64,000 nucleotides of DNA from Eubacteriales bacterium (GCA_030536855.1 JAUNPK010000001.1:4965-68964); one strand, 5' to 3'; numbered from the stretch's first letter, positions 19,197 to 28,681 are shown. Numbers and translations are program-made. Notes: generated from the sequence alone by a model not told the origin.

Positions 19197-22100
19197 TTAT
19201 TTAAGTTTTTTTCTTTTGTCATTCAATTCTGCCAATGCTACAATTGACAAAAGGAAAAGTGCTGTCCAAAGTGTTGGATTGCATTCATCACCTGTTTCCG
19301 GTTTATTCTTCTTTGTTTCAGTCTCTGTTTCCGATTTAGGTTTCCTTGCTTCAGCCTCTGCCCCCTGATCATTATCGGTCTGGGGTTCGTTTTCGGCAGA
19401 AGCGGATTTCTGAAACCGAGCATAATAAGTAGCCTCCCCTGTGGTGGTGTAGCTGATAGTATTTCCATTGTTGATCAAAATATCTTCATCAACCTTTTTA
19501 CCTTCTGCATCATACCAGCCCACAAATTCGTAACCCTCTTTTGCCGTTGCGGTGGAACTGGCTGTTGCTCCCACTACATCCGTATGAGTATAGCAGTCAA
19601 GAGTTGCTATACTGTCATCCGTGGTAACCTTCCAGTTATCTCCATCCTTTACTTGACGGATGTAGGTCTGGGTCACGGTTTCGGCAGATACGACTTTCTT
19701 AAACCGGGCATAATATGTAGCATTCCCGGTTGTGGTATAACTCAGGGTTGTTCCTTTGTTGCTTAACTTATCACTCGCAACCAGATTCCCTTCTGCATCA
19801 TACCAGCCCACGAATTCATAACCTTCTTTCGCTGTTGCAGTGGAACTGGCTGTTGCTCCCACTACATCCGTATGCGTATAATAGTCAAGGGTTGCTATTG
19901 TGTCATCCATGGTATTTCCCCAGATATTTCCATCTTTAATTTGGCGAATATAGGTCTGTGTCACCGTCTCGGCTGCTTCAATTCTCTGAAACAATGCATA
20001 ATAGATAGCATTTTCTGTGGTGGTGTAACTCAGGGTTTTCCCATTGTTGCTTAACTTATCACTCGCAACCAGATTCCCTTCTGCATCATACCAGCCCACA
20101 AATTCGTAACCCTCTTTTGCCGTTGCGGTGGAACTGGCTGTTGCTCCCACTACATCCGTATGAGTATAGCAGTCAAGAGTTGCTATACTGTCATCCGTGG
20201 TAACCTTCCAGTTATCTCCATCCTTCAACTGACGGACAAAGGTCTGTGTCACCTTTTTTTCAAATCTTGCGATATATGTTGCGCTCACAGTTGCTGTGTA
20301 GCTTAGGATGTTACTGGTTGCCCCCAGCATGGATTCTGCCACTGCATTTCCACTTTCGTCATACCAGCCCACAAACTCATAGCCTGTTCCTGCCGTCGCT
20401 GTGGAACCGGCTGTGCTTCCATACTCAACTATTAAGCTTTCAGGTGCGACAGTTCCGACGTTGGTATCGCTGGTAGCTTCCCATGTTTCCCCATTCTTTA
20501 CCTGTCTCTTATAAGTCTGGGTTACCTTGACTTTCTGGAATCGTGCGATATATGTAGCATTTGCAGTTGCTGTATAACTCAGGGTGGTTTCTGTTGTTGT
20601 TGCTGTTTCTGCTACTGCTTCTGTTTCACCGGTTGTTTCCACTTTATACCAGCCCACAAACTTATAGCCTGTTCCTGCTGTCGCTGTGGAAGTAGCAGTT
20701 GCTCCCACTACATCCGTATGGGTATAATTGGTCAGCATTCCTACTTTATTATCTGTGGTTTTTATCCATGTACTTCCCTCTAATATCTGACGGTCAAAGG
20801 TCTGGGTTACTGTTTTTTCAAATCTTGCAATATAAGTGGCACTTCCGGTTGTTGTATAACTGATGGTTTTTCCATCACTACTTAATCCTGTTGTCACCTT
20901 ATTTTCTGTGGAATCATACCAACCAACGAATTTATAGCCTTCTCCTGCTGTCGCAGTAACACTAATGTCCTTTCCTGCTACATCAACATAAGAATAACGG
21001 TCCAGGTTTCCTGCGTCATCATTATTTTCGCCCTGAATCCCTTTCCAGTTATCCCCATCCTTTACCTGGCGCTTATAGGTCTGGGTTACTGTTCCAGAAA
21101 ATCTTGCATAGTAAGTGCCAACATTTTCTTGCATTTCGGTAAAACTGTAGGTTGCATGCGTCGTAATCAAATTTGCATCACTGCCGGTACCATCATACCA
21201 GCCCTCAAATACATAACCCTCTTTTGCCGTTGCCTTGGCAGTTACAATTTCATCCGTTTCGGCAAAATAAGCTTTTCCACCGTTTGCATTATATGCAGCC
21301 ACATAATTGGCATCCGTATTTGGTACACTGGTAATCTCAACCGTTCCACCTGTATCAGAATTGGTATATCCTTCACCACTATTTATTTGCGGAAGAAATG
21401 CCTGCCGCCACCGCCACTGGGCAACCATAGTAAGACCTTTGTGGATATTGGCATAACTAAGTGTTGCACTCGAATCATTTGTGGTCCATTTTGTATATGT
21501 TGATCTATCAGTCTCCTGCTTTAGGTCAGGCGCAGCAATACTCTTATTCCATATTTGAAAATACTGTTCCTTCTTCGTACTTTCTCCACTAAAATCACAA
21601 GCAATGGTATGCTCTGCCGGAAGCAGTAATGAACCTAGTTTATCAGCATTTACCTTAACCGTACCCTGCGGTATATCACTCACTGTATCACCGGTCAATA
21701 ACCATCCCATAAATTTCCAGCCATCTTTACCTTCTGCTGCATGGGATACATAGGGAGAAATATATGTAAATGTATTTCCCTCACCCGTTTGAGGAACCGG
21801 CTTGAAGCTGTATACATTACAAGCTTCTTCCGTATTATAAGTCCTTTCAACAGTATAGACACTTCCCCCATTCGGGTCATAAGTCACTGTAGGACTCTTG
21901 ATAAAGACAAAATGCAAATCTGTTGCCGTAGTGATATTATCCAGATAATAGGTATAAATGATATCTCCGCCATCGTTAGTATATTTTATCCATTTATTCT
22001 TCTTTTCTTCATTTGTCAAATTATCCTGATAATCAATCTCATTTCCATCTTTTTTCAAAAATGTAGTTACCAAATTTCCCGATGTATCCTGTACCGTATA

Positions 22101-23294
22101 ATATAATCCGACAAATTCACATCCTTCATCAGCATCCTTTTTCTTAATAACCGCCTGGACCTTCAAGGGTTCCCCATCCACGGCATAGGTAATCAGATGA
22201 TTGTCCACTGTAATCTGGTGTCCTGAACTTATAGCCGATTCGCCTGATGTTGCTCCAGTGCTGTCACTAACCACACCGCTTCCGTGAAGTGTCGAACTTC
22301 CTGACAATGGATGAAATATCTTAAAATTAATATTGTCTAGGAAATTTCCAAAAGTCTTTTGTGTACTAGGAGCACCTGATGCATTCGTAACACATCCAAC
22401 AGACACAAATCCAAATATAGTTTCTGTCTGATCAGCAGGTACAGTATAGAAATAATCTCCACTCAAGTTTCCCCCTGTAATACTGTTAGCGGGATCATTG
22501 GCACCATATTTGCCCCATGGATTCGTACCACTTGAGATATTTCTGTCTGCTATAATCCAGATTTGCCATTCTTCCGTATAGATGGCGCTTGGTTTCAGAC
22601 TGAAAGCATTATTTCCGGAATTATTTGCAAAGGTACCATTTGCAGCAAATTTCTTACTGTAAACTGTAAGATGTTTCTCTATACCTGCAGATGCCTTTAC
22701 AGACGTCTTTCCCTCGGCAATCAGCCAGTCTACCATCTGCATCAACTGATCCCGTCCGCCTTTATCCGGTTTTCCATCGTTATTCGTATCCTGTTTTGAT
22801 GGATCCACAGTCTGTTTTGGTCCGATTACCAATGCCATGGTATCCGCATAATTACGGGCACCATGATCCAATCCCCATTCATAGATACTGGCGGGAGTTG
22901 TAGCAACATTTTGATACAATGTACTCTCTTCTTCAGCATTTAACTCTGCCGCAATAGTACCTGCTGAAGGTATTAATTTCACACCTTTTATATAAGTACC
23001 CGTATTTTCTTTAAATAATTCTATTTTTCCATCAGTGGCTGTTGTGTTCCATGCTGTAACCTTTTCTTGGGTTGGTGATGCGTAACAACTCGAAAACGTA
23101 ACACCGTCAGCAATATTTTCAAAGCTACCGTTTAACAGCATTTTATTATTTGCATTGGTTGCCTCTTCTGAATTTGCTACATGAAGACTCATACCGGTAA
23201 CAAAACACAGCTCCAGTATAAGTGCGAATAATATAATCAAAAAATGATTTTGTTTATGTTTTCTTTTGTACCACATAGTTTTGCCTTTCCCCAT
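19197..23294 (-). CDS. 1365-aa cell-wall-anchored protein with InlB B-repeat-like (Flg_new-type) domains
   Basis: Signal peptide; seven A..GY.F.GWY repeat units; C-terminal KPETG + TM helix + KRKKLK sorting signal. Confidence 0.82.
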   Translation of the reverse strand: MGKGKTMWYKRKHKQNHFLIILFALILELCFVTGMSLHVANSEEATNANNKMLLNGSFENIADGVTFSSCYASPTQEKVTAWNTTATDGKIELFKENTGTYIKGVKLIPSAGTIAAELNAEEESTLYQNVATTPASIYEWGLDHGARNYADTMALVIGPKQTVDPSKQDTNNDGKPDKGGRDQLMQMVDWLIAEGKTSVKASAGIEKHLTVYSKKFAANGTFANNSGNNAFSLKPSAIYTEEWQIWIIADRNISSGTNPWGKYGANDPANSITGGNLSGDYFYTVPADQTETIFGFVSVGCVTNASGAPSTQKTFGNFLDNINFKIFHPLSGSSTLHGSGVVSDSTGATSGESAISSGHQITVDNHLITYAVDGEPLKVQAVIKKKDADEGCEFVGLYYTVQDTSGNLVTTFLKKDGNEIDYQDNLTNEEKKNKWIKYTNDGGDIIYTYYLDNITTATDLHFVFIKSPTVTYDPNGGSVYTVERTYNTEEACNVYSFKPVPQTGEGNTFTYISPYVSHAAEGKDGWKFMGWLLTGDTVSDIPQGTVKVNADKLGSLLLPAEHTIACDFSGESTKKEQYFQIWNKSIAAPDLKQETDRSTYTKWTTNDSSATLSYANIHKGLTMVAQWRWRQAFLPQINSGEGYTNSDTGGTVEITSVPNTDANYVAAYNANGGKAYFAETDEIVTAKATAKEGYVFEGWYDGTGSDANLITTHATYSFTEMQENVGTYYARFSGTVTQTYKRQVKDGDNWKGIQGENNDDAGNLDRYSYVDVAGKDISVTATAGEGYKFVGWYDSTENKVTTGLSSDGKTISYTTTGSATYIARFEKTVTQTFDRQILEGSTWIKTTDNKVGMLTNYTHTDVVGATATSTATAGTGYKFVGWYKVETTGETEAVAETATTTETTLSYTATANATYIARFQKVKVTQTYKRQVKNGETWEATSDTNVGTVAPESLIVEYGSTAGSTATAGTGYEFVGWYDESGNAVAESMLGATSNILSYTATVSATYIARFEKKVTQTFVRQLKDGDNWKVTTDDSIATLDCYTHTDVVGATASSTATAKEGYEFVGWYDAEGNLVASDKLSNNGKTLSYTTTENAIYYALFQRIEAAETVTQTYIRQIKDGNIWGNTMDDTIATLDYYTHTDVVGATASSTATAKEGYEFVGWYDAEGNLVASDKLSNKGTTLSYTTTGNATYYARFKKVVSAETVTQTYIRQVKDGDNWKVTTDDSIATLDCYTHTDVVGATASSTATAKEGYEFVGWYDAEGKKVDEDILINNGNTISYTTTGEATYYARFQKSASAENEPQTDNDQGAEAEARKPKSETETETKKNKPETGDECNPTLWTALFLLSIVALAELNDKRKKLK
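19400..21260 (-). repeat. Coding tandem repeats of 270-288 bp within the surface protein
   Basis: GWY codons recur at 19513, 19801, 20089, 20362, 20647, 20917 and 21196. Confidence 0.9.
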
Positions 23295-23417
23295 TTACAT
23301 TTATCAAACATAAATACTGTTCAAAAGAATTACCTTAGTTTTTCCTCAGTATATGGCTTTCACAGACATAACGGATATTTCTACATTTGTCACAAATCAG
23401 TCTACACTCGGTAGCAT

Positions 23418-23449
23418 ATTATCACACCCACCCTTACAAAAACCTTACA
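23418..23449 (-). promoter_or_regulatory. Candidate activator-dependent promoter of the surface protein gene
   Basis: TGTAAGG-tttt-TGTAAGG direct repeat, 8 nt, then GATAAT as -10. Confidence 0.5.
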
Positions 23450-23585
23450 CTTTGGGTTTTTTTACTAATATTTTACAATTTTTACTTTATCTTCAAATGT
23501 CCAAAACGTAAAAACAACACAATACAGATAGCTCCTACTACCTATATTGTGTTGCTCATATTGTCATAGTTTTTTCATATTTTAA

Positions 23586-24398
23586 TTATTTTTCGCTGCC
23601 GGTATCCTTTTCCCATTGGATTTTCTGCTCCGCAAGCTGGGCATTCCGTTCCTCTGCCCAGCTAAATCTTTTTAAATATGCCCCATGATAATCCGCAATC
23701 GCATCTTTCTTTCCCGATAATATCCGGTACAGGTCACATTCCACCTGATCCGTACGAAGATATTTCGTTTTTCCGTCTGTTCCGATAATATTGTCAATCC
23801 CCACTTCCTTAAGCTTATCCTTAAGCCTCGACATGGTAACCCAGTAAATGCTATCTCCTACGGTCTTATCCGGCCACAGACAGGCAATCGCCTCTCCTCC
23901 GGTAATTCCCACGTCTCCTCTGTCAACCAGCAGTGCAAACAACTCCTCATGCTTTGTGTGCCCCAAATGCAGTGGACTGCCATTTACCGTCACAAGCAAA
24001 TCCGGCATGGTCTGTATTTCTATCTTCTTCTTTGGTCGTGAACCAATATAAGAGGCCTTCTCCAGTTCCTTCTCTACATCCTCCCTGAAATAAGGCTTTA
24101 GAAGATAGCCAATAGCATCTACCCCAAAAGCCTCCAACGCATACTGCTCATATGCAGTCACAAAGACAATACGGATATTCCGGTCTATGCCTTTCAACCT
24201 CTTCGCCAGTTCAATACCATTGATTCCCGGCATCTGAATATCTAAAAAAGCCACCTCCACAGGATGATTCTGTGCCCATTTCAAAGCTTCCTCGCTTTTA
24301 CGGAACAGGTTTAGTTCCTCCACCATAGATAACCCTTCAACCGTCATGCGGAAATTATCCAACAATGCGGTCTCATCATCTACATATATTACTTTCAT
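23586..24398 (-). CDS. Response regulator: receiver domain plus SARP/OmpR-like winged-helix output
   Basis: VDDE, FLDIQMPG, FVTAY, YLLKP; ELFALLVD.G...EAI..LWPD...MSRLK..L. Confidence 0.88.
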   Translation of the reverse strand: MKVIYVDDETALLDNFRMTVEGLSMVEELNLFRKSEEALKWAQNHPVEVAFLDIQMPGINGIELAKRLKGIDRNIRIVFVTAYEQYALEAFGVDAIGYLLKPYFREDVEKELEKASYIGSRPKKKIEIQTMPDLLVTVNGSPLHLGHTKHEELFALLVDRGDVGITGGEAIACLWPDKTVGDSIYWVTMSRLKDKLKEVGIDNIIGTDGKTKYLRTDQVECDLYRILSGKKDAIADYHGAYLKRFSWAEERNAQLAEQKIQWEKDTGSEK

Positions 24399-26221
24399 TC
24401 CGCCTCCATTAGTATTTTTATAGTTACTTTCGTCCCCTCCCCGGGAGTACTGTCAATAGCAAGGCTTCCGCCTGCCATGTTCTCCAGACGGTATCGGACA
24501 TTTCGAATACCTACGCACTCCTTGGATTTTATCTCCTGTGGAACGAATCCTACACCGTCATCCACAATCGTTATCACAACCATCTCTCCTTCCCGCTCTG
24601 TCCGGAGTATCACCATTCCGCTGCGGTCTTGTTCCAACAGCCCATGTTTGATGGCATTCTCCACAAGTGGCTGCACGGTAAGAGGCGGAATCCTGAAATT
24701 CATTTCCTCTATGTCCTTAGAAAACAGAATCTTGTCAGGGAAACGCATCTGCTCCAACGCAACATAATCCTCCAACTGCTCCAGCTCTGCTGAAAAATCA
24801 ATCATACCTTCTTCCTCAATGATTCTTATATTCTTTCGCAGATATCTGGAAAAACGAATCAACGCTTCATCCGCCTTTTTTGCATCAGACTTGCAAAAAC
24901 CGCTGATTGTGGTCAGAACATTGAAAATGAAGTGTGTACGTATCTGGCTCATCATAACGGCGATACGCCGTTCCGTCAGCTTCCGCTCCGTCTCAGCCAG
25001 TTCCTTCTCCTGATTGGCAAGCTGTCTTTCCTGCTCTGAAATCCTTATCTCCTGTTCACTGTAATTATACATAGTAGCAATACCTAAAAATACAATATAA
25101 AACAAAAACGCCATCAGCGAAAATAGTAGTCCGGAAGAATTACCCTTAATATAAAAAGCTGCCACATCTGCCATCGCCCCTGCCACAAACAGATAGGAAA
25201 GTCTTCTGGCTGCCGGTATTTCCTTCTTCCGCGGATACTTTTTCCGTTCCTGCACTGCAATACCAATCATTATGACGGCATCTGTTCCAATCAGGATATG
25301 TGTAAGCACTAGCATTTCCCGAAAATCTAGGATGCCGCAGATTTGGAACAAAACCTGAACAAGACATGCAAGTGCATCCACAATGCAGCAGACATCCAGC
25401 ACCTGCCGCCCTTCCTTCTCAAAATATTCCCCAAACCATTTCATCAGAGGTATCATCCCCAGCATTAACATACAGATAGACACATAGAAGAGAAAGACAG
25501 GTTTCTCCGGCAGGATAAAAGGGGTGAACCTTGTATCCGTCAGCCTCCACAAACCTATCATTGTAGAAAACAACCCTAAAGAAATCAGGCTCTTACCCCG
25601 TCCCTTTTCAACTACATTGTAAGTTGCCACGCAGAGAAAAACAATTCCCACAAATATCGCCATGATACCAAGAATAATCTGCGGCAAATCCAACGCCAGG
25701 CGATAACGGTAAATGGCAAGTGATGAACCAAAAAGGAACTCAACCTGCCTGTCCCGGAAGCTTTCATAGACTGGAGTAATCTCCACACGAATTTCTTTTC
25801 CAGCATCCTCCCTGTAAAGTGGTATCATAACCCAGTTGCTGCCGGCTGTTTTGATGGTACTTCGTTCCTCCACAGGTTCCATCCGGAAAACACACTCTCC
25901 CTCCAGATACACCTCCACATTCTGATGCACGGTATAAAACGCAAGGCTTGCATCGTGATCACTCCTCTGGTCCAGGAAAAACACATATTCCTTTTTGATA
26001 CCTATAGGTGCTTCGGCATCCTCAATCTCCTGGCAGGCCACCTCCTCCAGCACCTCATAACTACAATCCTCTCTGCTCTGATAAACCTCAATATTATCCG
26101 TTACTCCCAGCCACAACAAAAAGCCTGCCATTGTAATCCCCGCTGCTATCGACAGCAAAACGGAAATTTTTGACAAGCTGTCACTTTGTTTTGAATTATA
26201 ATGACTTGCTAAATTCGGCAT
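24395..26221 (-). CDS. LytS-like sensor histidine kinase with 7TM-DISM-like input
   Basis: SQIRTHFIFNVL H-box, QPLVENAIKHG, DDGVGF, VGIRNV and STPGEGT; overlaps the regulator by 4 nt. Confidence 0.9.
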   Translation of the reverse strand: MPNLASHYNSKQSDSLSKISVLLSIAAGITMAGFLLWLGVTDNIEVYQSREDCSYEVLEEVACQEIEDAEAPIGIKKEYVFFLDQRSDHDASLAFYTVHQNVEVYLEGECVFRMEPVEERSTIKTAGSNWVMIPLYREDAGKEIRVEITPVYESFRDRQVEFLFGSSLAIYRYRLALDLPQIILGIMAIFVGIVFLCVATYNVVEKGRGKSLISLGLFSTMIGLWRLTDTRFTPFILPEKPVFLFYVSICMLMLGMIPLMKWFGEYFEKEGRQVLDVCCIVDALACLVQVLFQICGILDFREMLVLTHILIGTDAVIMIGIAVQERKKYPRKKEIPAARRLSYLFVAGAMADVAAFYIKGNSSGLLFSLMAFLFYIVFLGIATMYNYSEQEIRISEQERQLANQEKELAETERKLTERRIAVMMSQIRTHFIFNVLTTISGFCKSDAKKADEALIRFSRYLRKNIRIIEEEGMIDFSAELEQLEDYVALEQMRFPDKILFSKDIEEMNFRIPPLTVQPLVENAIKHGLLEQDRSGMVILRTEREGEMVVITIVDDGVGFVPQEIKSKECVGIRNVRYRLENMAGGSLAIDSTPGEGTKVTIKILMEAE

Positions 26222-26682
26222 AGGTTTTTTCCTCTTCTGTAAAAGGTGGATTTGGATTTATCTTGTTTCCATGATACCACTCCTTTATCGTCTCATTTTA
26301 TGATATCATTTATTGTATCATTTAATAACTCATTTTATTCGTTCGTCTATGATTTTCCCACGTTATCTGCGAACACAAGAAGAACCTCGATTCCGCTTCG
26401 CTTCATCTCGGTCATTCTTGCGTTCCTATGTATTGCATATGTGTTTTATGTTGAGAACTGCCCACAACTTCCTTTAGCTTCCGTATATTTCAAATCCCAT
26501 TTGTCAATTTCACTTTTAATTGTTTTCTTCAAATTATTTTTATTGCATACTAACCATTTTACTGTTATCATTAATTTGGTACTACACTATTCGGTAAGCG
26601 GTTAGTCCTTCAGCAGAGGGACTGTGACCCTCTGATTACATAGAAATCATCTTGTATGAAATCTTTCAAAGGAGGGATGCCA

Positions 26683-26814
26683 ATGTTGACTCTTGAAAGT
26701 CTCATTGCAGTTTTAAGTTTTGGCTTAACCTGCTTTGGACTTGGATATACACTCGGTAATAAATCACGAAAAAATAATCGCCACCGGTCTGGTAAACTGA
26801 GGCGATTATTTTAA
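26683..26814 (+). CDS. 43-aa hydrophobic peptide, putative type I toxin, copy 2 (identical CDS)
   Basis: Same sequence and SD as 18970-19101; promoter TTGCAT(26543)-17-TATCAT(26566). Confidence 0.75.
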   Translation: MLTLESLIAVLSFGLTCFGLGYTLGNKSRKNNRHRSGKLRRLF

Positions 26815-26859
26815 TCAATTCATAAACTGGACTAACCGTCTATCGGTAGCACCTTTTAT
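26769..26859 (-). ncRNA. Putative antisense antitoxin RNA, copy 2
   Basis: TTGACA(26894-26889)-17-TACTAT(26871-26866); same terminator hairpin as copy 1. Confidence 0.6.
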
Positions 26860-27062
26860 GAGATAATAGTAATATCATTAACAAAACATGTCAAAAGAAT
26901 TTTCATACATCGTTATTAAAATATCCGGTTTCTTCCCATACTGGAGCTATGTCAAGACTTTGGACATTGAAAATCAACAACATTTCCATCCTCATAATAT
27001 TCAATTCCTCTATCTAAAATGTGCTGTCTAAATAATGTATACTAGTTCATATTGTATCATAC

Positions 27063-27272
27063 TTATTTTTCAAAGCCATATTCCGTCTTTAATCTTTCAA
27101 ATATTTCAAATGCAACCAGACAAACCTGAACAGCCTCCAACATACTATACAAACTATGTAAACGTTCTGGCTGGTTTGTAGATGCATCTTTCTTTATATC
27201 AGATAAAGGTATACTCCCATAATAGCACTTACAACAATTTCTACATCTACTACAATCATACTCTTCAAACAA
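27063..27272 (-). pseudogene. Remnant of a YkgJ-family cysteine-cluster protein
   Basis: DCSRCRNCC joined directly to TNQPERL...VC.VAFEIFERLK; the second Cys cluster and N-terminus appear missing. Confidence 0.55.
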
Positions 27273-27462
27273 TTTATTGTGTAATTTGGCAAATTGCTCA
27301 TCTAATTTTTTTCATCTGCACTACACTTCAAAAACATGCGGAACTCCAAATTTTCTCTTTCCATTTTCTCCGCCATATGTTTTATCTTTCTTGGTGCTAT
27401 CATAATTGTCCTTCCCTGCATATAAATATTTTCACTATAAGTAATTTTACCACAGTTATCAT

Positions 27463-27495
27463 AAAAAACACCCCAGAACAAAAGTCCTGGAGTGT
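27463..27495 (-). terminator. Intrinsic terminator of rplM-rpsI
   Basis: ACACTCCAG/CTGGGGTGT stem followed by a T-run on the minus strand. Confidence 0.75.
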
Positions 27496-27543
27496 AATAT
27501 ACTTTTCTGAAACGTCCTGAGACGTTCCGGATTGTGAAATCGA

Positions 27544-27948
27544 TTATCTCTTTGAGAACTGTGGAGCACGACGGGCTGCTTTGAGACCGTACTTCTTTCT
27601 TTCCTTCATTCTTGGATCTCTTGTTAAGTATCCTGCTTTCTTAAGTGCTGGACGATACTCTTCAGAATCTGCCTGAAGAAGAGCTCTTGAGATACCATGT
27701 CTGATAGCTCCGGCCTGACCTGTGTATCCACCACCGTGTACATTAACAATTACATCAAACTTCTCAGTTGTTTCTGTAAGTACTAATGGCTGCTTAACAA
27801 CAACCTTAAGTGTTTCAAGACCAAAATATTCATCAAGTGATCTCTTATTTATTGTGATATTACCATTACCTGGTACTAAATATACTCTAGCAATACTGCT
27901 TTTTCTTCTACCTGTTCCGTAGAACTTTCCGTTTGCTTTCTTAGCCAC
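27544..27948 (-). CDS. rpsI: 30S ribosomal protein S9
   Basis: GTGRRK...ARV; [19 protein letters not shown]. Confidence 0.98.
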   Translation of the reverse strand: MAKKANGKFYGTGRRKSSIARVYLVPGNGNITINKRSLDEYFGLETLKVVVKQPLVLTETTEKFDVIVNVHGGGYTGQAGAIRHGISRALLQADSEEYRPALKKAGYLTRDPRMKERKKYGLKAARRAPQFSKR

Positions 27949-27979
27949 TGTTAATTCCTCCTTATTAATTGTCCCTTAA

Positions 27980-28408
27980 TTAAAACTTTAAAACTTCTGG
28001 CTTCTGAGCTGCATGATCGTGATCCGGACCAGCATAAACGTGAAGCTTTGTGTACATCTGTCTTCCTAAAGGTCCCTTTGGAAGCATACCCTTAACAGCA
28101 AGTTCAATAACTCTCTCAGGTTTCTTTTCCATCATTTCCTTAAGTGTTGTTTCCTTCATACCACCAACATAATCTGAGTGATTGTAGTAAATCTTCTGGT
28201 CTAACTTCTTACCTGTAAGCTGAACCTTCTCAGCGTTGATAACGATAACGTTGTCACCACAATCAAGGAATGGTGTATAAGTAGGCTTGTTCTTACCTCT
28301 TAATACAGCAGCAACCTGTGATGATAAACGACCTAATGTATAATCTGCAGCATCAACAACATACCATTTTCTTTCGATGTTTGACGCACTAGCCATATAA
28401 GTACTCAT
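27980..28408 (-). CDS. rplM: 50S ribosomal protein L13
   Basis: WYVVDA..LGRL; KPTYTP; [10 protein letters not shown]. Confidence 0.98.
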   Translation of the reverse strand: MSTYMASASNIERKWYVVDAADYTLGRLSSQVAAVLRGKNKPTYTPFLDCGDNVIVINAEKVQLTGKKLDQKIYYNHSDYVGGMKETTLKEMMEKKPERVIELAVKGMLPKGPLGRQMYTKLHVYAGPDHDHAAQKPEVLKF

Positions 28409-28548
28409 TAGTTTTCCTCCTAAAATATTGCTTAAATGCTTTTATAATTGTTTACTGTTAATATATATTAAATGCTTCTCCGGGGCATTATTGGTGAAAC
28501 ACTTAAATCAGATTAACTATGAATTGGGCGCACTTTTGCACGCCACAT
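28409..28548 (-). promoter_or_regulatory. Probable L13 autoregulatory leader
   Basis: About 140-nt 5' UTR of rplM containing GCCCCGG; position matches Firmicute L13 leaders (not model-tested). Confidence 0.45.
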
Positions 28549-28554
28549 TTAAAG

Positions 28555-28583
28555 ATTATATAACACGACCCCTGGTGTGTCAA
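28555..28583 (-). promoter_or_regulatory. Sigma-A promoter of rplM-rpsI
   Basis: Perfect TTGACA-17-TATAAT. Confidence 0.9.
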
Positions 28584-28681
28584 TAAAAAATATTTATAAT
28601 TTTTTAAAAATGTTTTTTAAAAAATATGGTCCTTTCCACATTTTCCTCAATTAAAATTTCAGTTATCCACCAGACGCATTG

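Larger units (their letters stand above)
18721..19197. repeat. Direct repeat copy 1 (477 bp), left flank of the cassette
   Basis: Aligns to 26433-26910 with about 12 differences by eye; the central part including the small CDS is identical. Confidence 0.95.
26433..26910. repeat. Direct repeat copy 2 (478 bp), right flank of the cassette
   Basis: Aligns to 18721-19197. Confidence 0.95.

Noticed and set aside
19400-21260. Regularly spaced repeats as a possible CRISPR array
   Set aside because: Units are 270-288 bp, in frame inside a CDS, have no unique spacers, and no cas genes are present
17200-27500. Prophage or intact ICE at rpsI
   Set aside because: No integrase, relaxase, conjugation, replication or phage structural genes in the interval
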